Shown here in pieces: positions 26,019 through 35,125 of a DNA stretch of 64,000 nucleotides. Under the pieces are notes generated by a model. It worked only from the letters and a program-made list of their open reading frames with translations. It was not told where the DNA came from and ran no database searches. The stretch's first letter is position 1. Every line of letters starts with the position of its first letter. Source of the stretch: a virus; IMG/VR virus record IMGVR_UViG_3300034063_000636, positions 1 to 64,000 of that record; one strand, written 5' to 3'. A program made the translations under genes and the position numbers.

Positions 26019-26545
26019 TGATCATTTTCATCATTACAATCACTCTTGCTTGGTGGTTGACTAAAATGTTCTGGGGTGACAAAGTCGGAAAGTATAGTTT
26101 GTTTCTATATGTTCCAATTGGATTGTTTGGTGCATTTTTAAGTCTTGCCGATGAGAGTGGTAGTGAATTATTCAGTCTCGGATTTGCACTATCATTAATC
26201 TTTGCGTTCTGCTTTGTTGCGATTAATGTTCTTGCATTAATCATTATTGCATTTCGTAAAATGGACTGGTCTAATCCCGAACATCAACGAGCATTTTTGC
26301 AAGGATTGTTTGGTGCCTTTTCGAAAGGTGGTGGTTCATCTTCTTACTCCAGTGATGGTTATGGTTCATATGTGATACAATATCGTCGTCATGGTAGTTG
26401 GATCGATGGTCCTGGATCAAACAACGAAAGTGTTGCTGAGTCCATGTTCGATAATTTCCTTTCCAACGACTCTCGTTCAGAAAATCGCTGCCGTCTGGTT
26501 TACAAAGTCAACGGTCGTGTTAAAAGAGTATTGAGTACAAACTAA
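26018..26545 (+). CDS. three-TM membrane protein with a soluble C-terminal domain
   Basis: hydrophobic N-half, G/S linker. Confidence 0.7.
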   Translation: MIIFIITITLAWWLTKMFWGDKVGKYSLFLYVPIGLFGAFLSLADESGSELFSLGFALSLIFAFCFVAINVLALIIIAFRKMDWSNPEHQRAFLQGLFGAFSKGGGSSSYSSDGYGSYVIQYRRHGSWIDGPGSNNESVAESMFDNFLSNDSRSENRCRLVYKVNGRVKRVLSTN

Positions 26546-26748
26546 TGAACATCACAAAGATCATAATGTCGTTAGAACCAAAACAACAAACCTTTATCAA
26601 TCGAAAATCTAACTTAACGTTACAAAATCATTTGAGCACGATTCGTTCTATCGCCCATCACATGACCAATAGAAAATTTAGAATCAACAAAATCTCACCA
26701 AGCATCTACACAAATAAGTGTGGTGCATTAATCACTCGAGTCAAATAA
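26545..26748 (+). CDS. hypothetical protein
   Basis: TAATG coupling at both ends. Confidence 0.55.
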   Translation: MNITKIIMSLEPKQQTFINRKSNLTLQNHLSTIRSIAHHMTNRKFRINKISPSIYTNKCGALITRVK

Positions 26749-27011
26749 TGAAACGTCAATGGCGTCTTGCCGATAAAAACAATCATTACTATCATCAATC
26801 GCATAATGGATTAATTGTAGGTCATGCGTACAATGTTGTTCATACGATTGTTTGGGGTGCCAAGATTCCAATCAATGCTGCTGAGGAATTGATCCTTGGT
26901 CAGTACGTTGAACTTGAATACGCCAAACGTGCAATTGAAGAATATTGGGAAGATAAAGATAGAACTTTAGAGGTGCCACATGAACATCTTCTACCTGGAT
27001 ACGGATCATAA
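26748..27011 (+). CDS. hypothetical protein
   Basis: LGQYV..E.AK.A.E.YW motif. Confidence 0.65.
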   Translation: MKRQWRLADKNNHYYHQSHNGLIVGHAYNVVHTIVWGAKIPINAAEELILGQYVELEYAKRAIEEYWEDKDRTLEVPHEHLLPGYGS

Positions 27012-27528
27012 AACCTGCGCGCAACATCATTGCGACAAACATGTTGTCAAGATGATTGTTGAGTATGCGCAATTGCTTTCAACAGCACATCGTATTCTAG
27101 ATGGCAATCATTATTTCGACAAAAGCAAAAACAATCGCAAGATTCATCGCTGGAAGTTAGATCAGTATCGCGAAGATACGATGTATCATGCAGTGAGTTG
27201 GAATCATCCTTCTGCTATTTGGGTTCGTGAGTCTTTCGATCACTACCAGTGGCTCTGGAATATGGCTTCTGAACTCTGTCAGGAATATCGCCACCGCTAT
27301 GGCGGCGCGAATGATAAGCAGCACAAGTCGTCGTTGGTCATTCAGAAACTCAGTTTCGCTCCTGACAATATTCCTCGAACGGGTATATTCTCTGAGCCTC
27401 CGCAAGCCATGCCAGAGGATGTGAAGGTTCCTGGGAACTCGATCGCTGCTTATCATAACTATTATCGAGTCTACAAGAAACGTTTTGCTCGATGGACGAA
27501 TCGTGAGGTGCCTTCCTGGTATAAATAA
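26980..27528 (+). CDS. pyrimidine-dimer DNA glycosylase / endonuclease V-like
   Basis: MNIFYLD...A..HCDKHVVKM..EYAQLLSTAH, NHPS..W.R, EY..RYG, PQAMP, R..P.W. Confidence 0.85.
   Translation: MNIFYLDTDHKTCAQHHCDKHVVKMIVEYAQLLSTAHRILDGNHYFDKSKNNRKIHRWKLDQYREDTMYHAVSWNHPSAIWVRESFDHYQWLWNMASELCQEYRHRYGGANDKQHKSSLVIQKLSFAPDNIPRTGIFSEPPQAMPEDVKVPGNSIAAYHNYYRVYKKRFARWTNREVPSWYK
27520..27527 (+). promoter_or_regulatory. T4-type late promoter
   Basis: TATAAATA, 5 nt before ATG 27533. Confidence 0.7.
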
Positions 27529-27532
27529 AGGT

Positions 27533-28147
27533 ATGCTAGATTTTTATACCTTTTTACTGGAAGAGAAAAGTCAAGGTCGCGGACTCCATGTCTTTGACGT
27601 GGACGATACGCTGTTTCACACCACAGCAAAGATTCGCGTAATGAAGGACAATAAGGTCGTTCAGTCTCTCTCAAACTCCGAATATAACACACACAAACTT
27701 CCTCCAGGTCACCAGTACGATTACTCGGAGTTTCGTTCTGCAGAGAAGTTCGATACTGAATCGAAACCGAATCAGCGCATGCTCGAAAAGATGCGTCGCC
27801 TCCATGATCGCACGAAAGAAACTGGCGGCAAAGTGATTATTAACACCGCTCGAGCAGACTTCGATGACAAAGATCGTTTCCTAGATGCCTTTAGAAAACA
27901 AAAGGTAGACATCGATAACATTCATGTCTATCGCGCAGGCAACAAAGGCGAAGGAACAGTTGCGCAAAAGAAAACAGATATTATTCGAAATCAATTGTCA
28001 AACGGAGACTTTACTCATGTAAGCCTTCATGATGACAGCGAAGAAAATTTAAACCATTTTCTTGCTCTTAAGAATGAATTTCCAAACGTGAAGTTTGTTG
28101 CTCATCATGTCAAGCCAGATGGGAAGTCAAAAAGATATAGTGGGTGA
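27533..28147 (+). CDS. HAD-superfamily phosphatase
   Basis: FDVDDTL, I.TAR, K, DDS..NL. Confidence 0.8.
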   Translation: MLDFYTFLLEEKSQGRGLHVFDVDDTLFHTTAKIRVMKDNKVVQSLSNSEYNTHKLPPGHQYDYSEFRSAEKFDTESKPNQRMLEKMRRLHDRTKETGGKVIINTARADFDDKDRFLDAFRKQKVDIDNIHVYRAGNKGEGTVAQKKTDIIRNQLSNGDFTHVSLHDDSEENLNHFLALKNEFPNVKFVAHHVKPDGKSKRYSG

Positions 28148-28150
28148 GTT

Positions 28151-28462
28151 ATGCCAATTTATGAGTTTTTGAATACGAAAACAAAAGCGATCGAAGAACA
28201 TACGATGTCAATTACTGCCTATGATTCATTCAAGGCAGAGAATCCGCACCTAGAAAGATATTACAGTGAAGCACCACTATTCAGTTACAGTGGCACTGGT
28301 GATATGGCTGGAAAGAAAACAGATAATACTTGGAAAGAAGTCATGCACAAAATTGCTGAACAGAATCCAATCAGCCCACTTGCAGATAAAGTTTTGAAGA
28401 AGAAAACAAAACAAATTAAGACAGAGCAGGTTCTAAAGAAACATAAAGTATTGGGGGGATAA
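28151..28462 (+). CDS. FmdB-like small regulatory protein
   Basis: MPIYEF.N..T, NPHL, W.EV..KI; typical phoH-upstream gene of T4-like phages. Confidence 0.65.
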   Translation: MPIYEFLNTKTKAIEEHTMSITAYDSFKAENPHLERYYSEAPLFSYSGTGDMAGKKTDNTWKEVMHKIAEQNPISPLADKVLKKKTKQIKTEQVLKKHKVLGG

Positions 28463-28464
28463 TT

Positions 28465-29220
28465 TTGTCTAAGAAGAAAAATGGAAACTCAAACAGTTAC
28501 ATAGAAATCACTTCAGAGGTTACTGAGAAGAAACCGCCGCGAATCAAAGCAGCGGAATTAAAAAAGTTCGAACCACTCACACCAAATCAAGCAAAGTTTT
28601 TCGAGGCATATGCTCGTGGAGATTACTTCACGATGCTCTGTGGTTCAGCAGGTACTGGTAAATCATTCATTGCCTGTTATAAAGCCATTGAAGAAGTCCT
28701 CGATCGTTCGTCACCATTTCATCGCATCGTGATTGTACGTTCTGCTGTTCAGTCTCGTGATCTTGGTTTTACTCCAGGATCCGTAGAAGAAAAGATGAGT
28801 CTGTATGAACAACCTTATATGCAGATCTGTCATACGTTGTTCGGTCGTCGTGATGCATATGACGCAATGAAAGAATGTGGTCGTATTGAATTCATCTCTA
28901 CTAGTTTCATTCGCGGTATGAGTTTCGATGATGCTGTCATCATCGTCGACGAATGTCAGAATATGACTTGGGAAGAATTGACGACAATTATGACTCGAGT
29001 TGGTCATCGTTCGAAGATTATCTTCTGTGGTGATTACAAACAAACAGATCTTTATCGCAATACCAAAGACAAGAGTGGACTTCGAAAGTTCCACGAAGTT
29101 GCCAAGACTATGAACTCGTTTACGAATATCGAATTCACAACAGAAGATATCGTTCGCAGTAGTCTTGTCAAAGACTTCTTGATTGCTGTTGAGAAATATG
29201 AAAAGCAAGAAAATACTTGA
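28465..29220 (+). CDS. phoH: PhoH family ATPase
   Basis: GSAGTGKS, GF.PG..EEK, RGMSFD, DECQN, TRVG, GD..Q.DL, DIVRS. Confidence 0.93.
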   Translation: MSKKKNGNSNSYIEITSEVTEKKPPRIKAAELKKFEPLTPNQAKFFEAYARGDYFTMLCGSAGTGKSFIACYKAIEEVLDRSSPFHRIVIVRSAVQSRDLGFTPGSVEEKMSLYEQPYMQICHTLFGRRDAYDAMKECGRIEFISTSFIRGMSFDDAVIIVDECQNMTWEELTTIMTRVGHRSKIIFCGDYKQTDLYRNTKDKSGLRKFHEVAKTMNSFTNIEFTTEDIVRSSLVKDFLIAVEKYEKQENT

Positions 29221-29278
29221 CTTTTACTTGACTTTGTTATACAATAGACTATGTCGGTCATGATAGAGATACTTTATA

Positions 29279-29965
29279 ATGTTTAACCATATACACCATG
29301 ATTTCCCCAAACTCTTGCAAGAGAACGTCGACGGCACTCGCTGTTACGTCACTCCGACTGGTGAGAGGTATCCGTCTGTCACCACAGTTCTTTCTGATTA
29401 TGGGAAAGAAGCAATTCTAGAATGGCGCAAGAGAGTCGGTGAAGCCAAAGCAAACGAAGTCTCTCGCAAAGCAACCACTCGAGGGACTAGCGTCCACAAA
29501 GCACTCGAGATGTATCTTAAGAATGAGGACATCTCCTCTCTCGAAATGTTACCGAACGTCAAGTCTCTTTTCGTTCGAATGAAGCAAGAAATAGACGCAA
29601 AGGTCAATAACATCCATTGCTTGGAAGATCGCCTTTTCTCTCACGAACTCAAACTTGCTGGGACTGTAGACTGTATTGCTGAGCATAACGGGATCCTTTC
29701 TGTAATCGACTTTAAGACTTCAGTTCGTCTCAAGAAGAAAGAGAACATCGGCAACTACTTTATGCAAGCCGCTGCCTATCGCCAGATGTTCTACGAGATG
29801 ACTGGTCTAGATGCCAAGCAAGTCATTATCCTCATCGGCGTTGATACCGCTAATTTTTGCCAAACTCTTGTGGTCAAAGAGGATGAGTTAGAATCACACA
29901 AGCAAGAATTGCTTAAATACATCGAGGCATATCGAACCAAGAATAACTTGCCTTTGCTTGTGTAA
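29279..29965 (+). CDS. PD-(D/E)XK exonuclease (Cas4/lambda-exo-like)
   Basis: YPSVTT, RGT.VH, E..L....LAGTVDCIA...IDFKTS, YFMQ..AY. Confidence 0.9.
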   Translation: MFNHIHHDFPKLLQENVDGTRCYVTPTGERYPSVTTVLSDYGKEAILEWRKRVGEAKANEVSRKATTRGTSVHKALEMYLKNEDISSLEMLPNVKSLFVRMKQEIDAKVNNIHCLEDRLFSHELKLAGTVDCIAEHNGILSVIDFKTSVRLKKKENIGNYFMQAAAYRQMFYEMTGLDAKQVIILIGVDTANFCQTLVVKEDELESHKQELLKYIEAYRTKNNLPLLV

Positions 29966-29999
29966 TTTAGTATAATAATCCTATCAGTTGGAGAGTTAA

Positions 30000-30401
30000 A
30001 TGAAATGTTTTCCTGCTATCACTGCCACCCTCCTGCTTGGTTGCTCAAGCATCGTAGCAAACGCTCAAAGTACGGAACAAGTGTTGGGTGCAATTGCTGG
30101 CGGCGCACTTGGCAGCACTATCGGCGACGGTGATGGTCGTAAGGCTGCGACTGTAATTGGCGCGATTCTTGGCTACAATATGGGTGATCAAGTCTTGAAT
30201 TCAAATTATCGAGACGAATTCTCGAGATTAGATCATCATGACTTTCGAAGATGGTGTCAACACCGAGTTCCTCATCGATATGATTATGATAGAAATTTGC
30301 GCAACCAGTGGATTTCTGGTTGCGTGAGTCGATTGAATCGTCAACAACGTGAACTTGAACGTGAAGCATATGAGGATGGATATTATGGACCTGCCAATTA
30401 A
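30000..30401 (+). CDS. secreted glycine-zipper 2TM protein
   Basis: signal peptide; LGAIAGGALGSTIGDGDGRKAATVIGAILG. Confidence 0.8.
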   Translation: MKCFPAITATLLLGCSSIVANAQSTEQVLGAIAGGALGSTIGDGDGRKAATVIGAILGYNMGDQVLNSNYRDEFSRLDHHDFRRWCQHRVPHRYDYDRNLRNQWISGCVSRLNRQQRELEREAYEDGYYGPAN

Positions 30402-30549
30402 TGATTATGAATTGAGTGTGATCATCGAAGCACTACAGCGAGATGGTCGTTGGGAATTGCGTGATCGTCTCGCTCTTGTCGAGCAATTGATCAAAGAAGG
30501 CAAACCATACAAGAAGATTCTCCGCGAAGAGTATAATCTCGTCGCCTAA
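30385..30549 (+). CDS. hypothetical protein
   Basis: 54-aa ORF MDLPIND.EL. Confidence 0.55.
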   Translation: MDLPINDYELSVIIEALQRDGRWELRDRLALVEQLIKEGKPYKKILREEYNLVA

Positions 30550-30585
30550 TAGCCTCTATCAATCATTTCTATTGAATTAAATTAT
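30549..30585 (+). promoter_or_regulatory. OxyR-like operator upstream of ahpC
   Basis: ATAG-N7-CAAT-N7-ATTG-N7-TTAT against consensus ATAG-N7-CTAT-N7-ATAG-N7-CTAT. Confidence 0.7.
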
Positions 30586-30673
30586 CGCAAAAAGATGCGA
30601 CAGAGGCATCTTTTGTCATATATAATTACTCGTATAGGTTTCGTATAGGTTTTCATTATACAGGAGTTTGAAC

Positions 30674-31249
30674 ATGAAGACAGTTGGAGATAAGGTAAAG
30701 AATTTCGCAGTTACTGGTGTCAAGCCTGGTGCTCTCACTCCAGATAATGCTTTTGAAACTATTACAGATCTTTCTTTTGAAGGCAAATGGAAGGTCGTTG
30801 TGTTTTATCCAAAGGACTTCACCTTTGTTTGCCCAACAGAAATTGTTGCCTATGATAAGTTGAACAAAGATTTCGCTGACCGCGATGCGGTTCTTTTGAT
30901 CGGTTCAACAGACAACGAATTCTGTAAGTTGGCATGGAAAAATGCTCACGAAGATCTCAAGAAAACCACTTGCTGGTTCTTTGCTGACACAGCACGCGAT
31001 CTTGAAGATGTATGGGATGAAGATACAAACAGCCTCGTTCAGCAACTCGGTGTGTTCTACAAGCCAGCAGGTGCTGCTCTTCGCGCAACGTTTATCGTTG
31101 ATCCAGATGGAATCATTCAGCATGTCACTGTGAATAATCTAAACGTCGGACGCAATCCTGAGGAAACACTTCGTATCCTCGATGCATTGCAGACGGGTGA
31201 ACTTTGCCAGTGCAATCGTCAGGTTGGTGAAGCAACTCTCTCAAAATAA
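30674..31249 (+). CDS. ahpC: 2-Cys peroxiredoxin (alkyl hydroperoxide reductase C)
   Basis: FYPKDFTFVCPTE, RATFIVDP, GRN..E.LR.LDALQTGELC; SD CAGGAG. Confidence 0.95.
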   Translation: MKTVGDKVKNFAVTGVKPGALTPDNAFETITDLSFEGKWKVVVFYPKDFTFVCPTEIVAYDKLNKDFADRDAVLLIGSTDNEFCKLAWKNAHEDLKKTTCWFFADTARDLEDVWDEDTNSLVQQLGVFYKPAGAALRATFIVDPDGIIQHVTVNNLNVGRNPEETLRILDALQTGELCQCNRQVGEATLSK

Positions 31250-31264
31250 AGGAAAGAAACTTAA

Positions 31265-31513
31265 ATGAAAAAACTAATCATTGGATTGATGATGTTATCT
31301 GCGCCAGCGATGGCTCAAGATCGTGTGGCTCAGTATGACTTTGACAAGGACGGCAAAGTTTCATTTGAAGATGTAAATCGTTACTGCACAGTAACGAGTG
31401 GTTTGTTTGAAAGAGCAGACAAAAATCAAGATGGCTTTTTGAGCAACTCAGAAATGCGTCAAGCAAAAGCCTATTTGTTCTCACGCTGCGCAGAAGTACC
31501 AAAGGACGCTTAA
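31265..31513 (+). CDS. secreted two-EF-hand protein
   Basis: signal peptide (AMA|Q); DFDKDGKVSFED and DKNQDGFLSNSE loops; 2 Cys. Confidence 0.8.
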   Translation: MKKLIIGLMMLSAPAMAQDRVAQYDFDKDGKVSFEDVNRYCTVTSGLFERADKNQDGFLSNSEMRQAKAYLFSRCAEVPKDA

Positions 31514-31514
31514 T

Positions 31515-32027
31515 ATGAATTGGGTCAATGTAGTTAAAGAAGGTTTACCAGAATATGCAAAAGATACAAGATTGAATCTTGATGCAGTTCTGCTTCGCAG
31601 TTCACTTGACCCTTTGGTTGCGCAAGGATGCGCACTTGCAGCGGCATTCGCTGCAGGAAATTCTCGATTAGCAACAGCAATCGACGCAGAGTTTGAGGAT
31701 CGTAAGGAAGCCGACGCTGCGTTGACTGCTGCCTCTATTATGGCACAGAATAATGTTTGGTATCCATACATTGAAATGGTAGAAGATCCTGCATTGAAGG
31801 GACTTCCTGCATTACTTCGTATGAACGGAATCATCAATCATGGTGGCACTTCAAAGGTCAATTTTGAAGCATACTCTCTCGCTGCCTCAATCGTAGGCAA
31901 ATGCCAATTCTGTGTCAAGGCTCACTATGATACTCTCAAGAAAGAGGGTATGACAGTTGAGCAACTCCGCGACATTGGTCGAATTGCTGCTGTTGTCAAT
32001 TCAGTCGCAAAAGTTCTTGCTGGCTAA
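31515..32027 (+). CDS. ahpD: alkyl hydroperoxide reductase D
   Basis: LPEYAKD.RLNL, AASIMAQNNVWY, LRMN, FE..SLAAS...KCQFCVKAH. Confidence 0.92.
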   Translation: MNWVNVVKEGLPEYAKDTRLNLDAVLLRSSLDPLVAQGCALAAAFAAGNSRLATAIDAEFEDRKEADAALTAASIMAQNNVWYPYIEMVEDPALKGLPALLRMNGIINHGGTSKVNFEAYSLAASIVGKCQFCVKAHYDTLKKEGMTVEQLRDIGRIAAVVNSVAKVLAG

Positions 32028-32062
32028 ATAATACTACCTTTTTCTATTATTGGGAGTATAAT

Positions 32063-32221
32063 ATGTCTGAAGTGAAACAATATCCATGCGCATGCGGACG
32101 CAGTCCGACTGGCTATTGCATTGGTTTGCATGCAATGACATCTGAGCAATACAAGAAGTATCTTGAAGAGCAACAGAAATCATTGAATGAACAGACAAAG
32201 CCACAGTTTCTAGTTGATTAA
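32063..32221 (+). CDS. small CDGSH-like Fe-S/Zn-binding protein; not in ORF track
   Basis: SD GGGAG; MSEVKQYP-CACGRSPTGYCIGLH-...; 52 aa. Confidence 0.65.
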   Translation: MSEVKQYPCACGRSPTGYCIGLHAMTSEQYKKYLEEQQKSLNEQTKPQFLVD

Positions 32222-32530
32222 TGGTTGTAAACTGACAATTAAAGGTGTTCTGGACTCGGGTTCGACCCCCGACATCTCCACCAAATGCCCATCACCTCTG
32301 CATTAATGTACGTGGTGGCTATCTTATGGGGATGAATTTGGCTTCGACAGGGCAAGTAATAACCTGACAGCAACCAGTGAGGCGACTGACTTAATCAGCG
32401 CAAACAAAGTAAACGCAAACGACGATTACTTCGAAATGGCTCTCGCTGCTTAATTGCAGTATGAGATTACCAGAGTTGACCGCTTGGTAACAGAAAGGTC
32501 TGGGTTGGTGGTGCGAACCACCAACCTTTT
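32221..32530 (+). ncRNA. ssrA: circularly permuted (two-piece) tmRNA
   Basis: acceptor piece with T-arm and CATCTCC-A-CCA ends at 32283; 5' GGGGATG begins at 32328 (G3:U70); tag GCA AAC GAC GAT TAC TTC GAA ATG GCT CTC GCT GCT TAA (32415-32453) = ANDDYFEMALAA. Confidence 0.9.
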
Positions 32531-32533
32531 CTT
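32503..32533 (+). terminator. intrinsic terminator ending the tmRNA
   Basis: GGTTGGTGGT-GCGA-ACCACCAACC-TTTT. Confidence 0.85.
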
Positions 32534-32560
32534 TCCACTGCAATAATGGAGGCAACTAAC

Positions 32561-33199
32561 ATGAATGCAGTAGATATATTACATAATGTTGAAAAATATT
32601 TTGATCGCAATCACAATTTGTTCTGTATGTGGGGTGGATTATTCTCCCTAATATTTTTCGGAATCTTTATCCCATACAGAATGTTGGCAATACAAGAAGC
32701 AAATCTTAATGCTCAATTGTCAGCATACCAAACTCAAAATTCATATCTTGCCACTCAGGTCAATGATATGTCTCATGAAATGAAATTTTTGAAACTCAGT
32801 TATGACGAAAAGCAAAACGTCATGCGAGAAGTTGATTGCCTTGCAAAAAACATTTACTTCGAGGCAAAGGGTGAACCACGCGCAGGTAAAATTGCCGTGG
32901 CTGAAGTCACAATGAATCGTGTAAAGAGCAAGCAATTCCCTCGTTCTGTTTGTGCAGTAGTTTATCAAAAGACCAAAGGCACTTGCCAATTCTCTTGGGT
33001 GTGTGAGGGAAAGAAAGTAATTCGCAATCGTGCAGCATGGAAAGAGTCTTTGCAAATTGCTGAGACTATATTGATTTTAGACAGGAAGTACGGTATAATT
33101 GGATCTGCAAAGTATTTTCACGCAGACTATGTTGATCCATCTTGGGCAGAGAAAAAGAAACTGATTCGCAAGATTGGCAATCATATATTTTATCATTGA
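32561..33199 (+). CDS. SleB/Hydrolase_2 cell-wall hydrolase with N-terminal TM and coiled coil
   Basis: CLAKNIYFEAKGE...AVA.V.MNRV..FP.SVC.VVYQ..CQFSW, YFHADYV.P.W, IGNHIFY; SD GGAGG. Confidence 0.9.
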   Translation: MNAVDILHNVEKYFDRNHNLFCMWGGLFSLIFFGIFIPYRMLAIQEANLNAQLSAYQTQNSYLATQVNDMSHEMKFLKLSYDEKQNVMREVDCLAKNIYFEAKGEPRAGKIAVAEVTMNRVKSKQFPRSVCAVVYQKTKGTCQFSWVCEGKKVIRNRAAWKESLQIAETILILDRKYGIIGSAKYFHADYVDPSWAEKKKLIRKIGNHIFYH

Positions 33200-33205
33200 G
33201 GCTTT

Positions 33206-34228
33206 ATGAGAATTATTGAAGACGTTAAGTTGGACTATAAAGATGTCCTCATCACTCCGAAACGTTCTAACCTTTCTTCAAGAAGCGAAGTAAATCTAGA
33301 AAGAATATTCACTTTCAGAAGTGGCAACAGTTGGAAAGGCGTTCCAATTATTGCTGCAAACATGGATGGTATTGGCACTCTAGAGATGGATTTAGAGTTT
33401 GCCAAACATAATTGTATGGTTGCTTTGACCAAACATTATGGTGAGTCTGAATTAAACAGTCACTTTGCGCGAAGATTAGACAGTAGCATCTATTCTCTTG
33501 GCACTTCTGGCGAAGATTTAAAGAAATTCGATGAAGTGTATAATATCGTCGGAAATCGAAACATGAGAGTTTGTATTGATGTTGCGAATGGTTATACACA
33601 AGCCTTTGTAAATTTCGTTCGTCATTTTCGCGATCGTTATCCTTATGTTGTATTGATGGCAGGTAATGTTGTCACACCAGAAATGACAGAAGAACTAATT
33701 ATCGGCGGTGTTGACATCGTGAAAGTTGGTATTGGTCCTGGCTCTGTTTGCACTACACGCAAAAAGACAGGCGTCGGCTACCCGCAGTTGAGTGCAGTGA
33801 TTGAGTGTGCGGATGCTGCTCATGGTCTCAAGGGTCATATCATAGCGGATGGAGGGTGTTCCGTTCCTGGGGACGTTGTGAAAGCATTTGCTGCGGGAGC
33901 CGATTTCGTGATGCTTGGTGGAATGTTGGCAGGTCATAAGGAAGGCGGAGCGAGTGCACTGGGCGGAAATAAATTCTACGGAATGAGTTCTGATACTGCA
34001 ATGGATCTGCATAATGGTGGTGTTGCCAATTACAGAGCATCTGAAGGCAAGACTGTAGAGATTCCATATCGCGGTGAGGTAAAACGAACTATGCAAGATA
34101 TTTTGGGTGGATTACGTTCGGCATGTACTTATGTGGGAGCAAGTGAATTGAAAGAGTTGAGTAAGCGCACAACGTTTGTTCGTGTGACTCAGCAGTTGAA
34201 CAATTCCTTGAGTGAATATGAGATCTAA
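33206..34228 (+). CDS. guaC: GMP reductase
   Basis: [52 protein letters not shown]. Confidence 0.95.
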   Translation: MRIIEDVKLDYKDVLITPKRSNLSSRSEVNLERIFTFRSGNSWKGVPIIAANMDGIGTLEMDLEFAKHNCMVALTKHYGESELNSHFARRLDSSIYSLGTSGEDLKKFDEVYNIVGNRNMRVCIDVANGYTQAFVNFVRHFRDRYPYVVLMAGNVVTPEMTEELIIGGVDIVKVGIGPGSVCTTRKKTGVGYPQLSAVIECADAAHGLKGHIIADGGCSVPGDVVKAFAAGADFVMLGGMLAGHKEGGASALGGNKFYGMSSDTAMDLHNGGVANYRASEGKTVEIPYRGEVKRTMQDILGGLRSACTYVGASELKELSKRTTFVRVTQQLNNSLSEYEI

Positions 34229-34229
34229 T

Positions 34230-34451
34230 ATGGCAAGTCGCGAAGAAAAAAATAACTTTTCTATGATGATCATGAATTTGGCGATTCAAGAAAAGATTGA
34301 TCACATGGATGCAATCACTTCATACTGCGAGCGTAACAATCTTGAGATTGAAGTTGCTGCAAGTTTGATCAATGATTCTCTAAAGAGTATCATTGAAGGT
34401 GAAGCAATGGAGTTGAGATTCTTGCCGCGAGGAAGTCGATTGCCTCTATGA
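34230..34451 (+). CDS. gp33: late-promoter transcription coactivator
   Basis: FS..I......MDAI..YC..N..E.E.AA.LI...LK..IE.EA.EL.FL...LPL; synteny with gp59 and gp32. Confidence 0.88.
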   Translation: MASREEKNNFSMMIMNLAIQEKIDHMDAITSYCERNNLEIEVAASLINDSLKSIIEGEAMELRFLPRGSRLPL

Positions 34452-35056
34452 ATGGATACGATTTGTATTGCATCTATCAAGCCATCAAGTTGCATTTCAC
34501 TTCAGAGAGTTATAACTTCTTTCAATATGATGGCAAAACTCGAGTATCAGTAGATGCATTTCAAAAACGCCGTGACAAGTTTCTATTCCACCGCCTTGCG
34601 CGCAAGTATCGCGACGATGAGATGGTTCCATTTCTGGTTGCTAATTTTGTACACAGTGATGATAACTGGACCAAGTCATTGCTTGAAGACCAGGCTGAAG
34701 AAACTTATCGGTATTGGAAACGAACCACCGATTCCATGAGCAAAGTATATTTGGAAGATCTGCAGAAGATTTGTCCAGATCCAAAAGAGTTTAACAATTT
34801 ATTTAAAGTTGAAGATGGACAATTTCCAAAATTGTTAGTCGCATTCCTCCAAAAAGATGTAACGATTGAGACTCTTGTGATTCTTAATAACATCTTCAAC
34901 TTTATACAAATTTGGGACAAGAAGATTTCAGATGATATCATCTATCCCAAAGTGTCAAGAAAGGTGCGCAAGTATGGTGCTTTTCTTGCGGTGAACGTTG
35001 ACAAGTATAAGCAATTGACAAAGGAAACTTTACTTGCTGACGAAAATACTATATAA
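34448..35056 (+). CDS. gp59: helicase loader
   Basis: Y.A.KLHF...Y.FF.Y.GK....F.KRRDK..F..LA.KY. Confidence 0.9.
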   Translation: MNGYDLYCIYQAIKLHFTSESYNFFQYDGKTRVSVDAFQKRRDKFLFHRLARKYRDDEMVPFLVANFVHSDDNWTKSLLEDQAEETYRYWKRTTDSMSKVYLEDLQKICPDPKEFNNLFKVEDGQFPKLLVAFLQKDVTIETLVILNNIFNFIQIWDKKISDDIIYPKVSRKVRKYGAFLAVNVDKYKQLTKETLLADENTI

Positions 35057-35125
35057 TGATGTTGTGATGATGAAAAAAGTGGACAAGTCGATATACATTA
35101 ATACTACGCTATACGGAGAATACAA

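Noticed and set aside
29279-29965. Cas4 as evidence of a CRISPR system
   Set aside because: This PD-(D/E)XK exonuclease routinely follows phoH in T4-like phages; it lacks the Fe-S cysteine set and no array is present.
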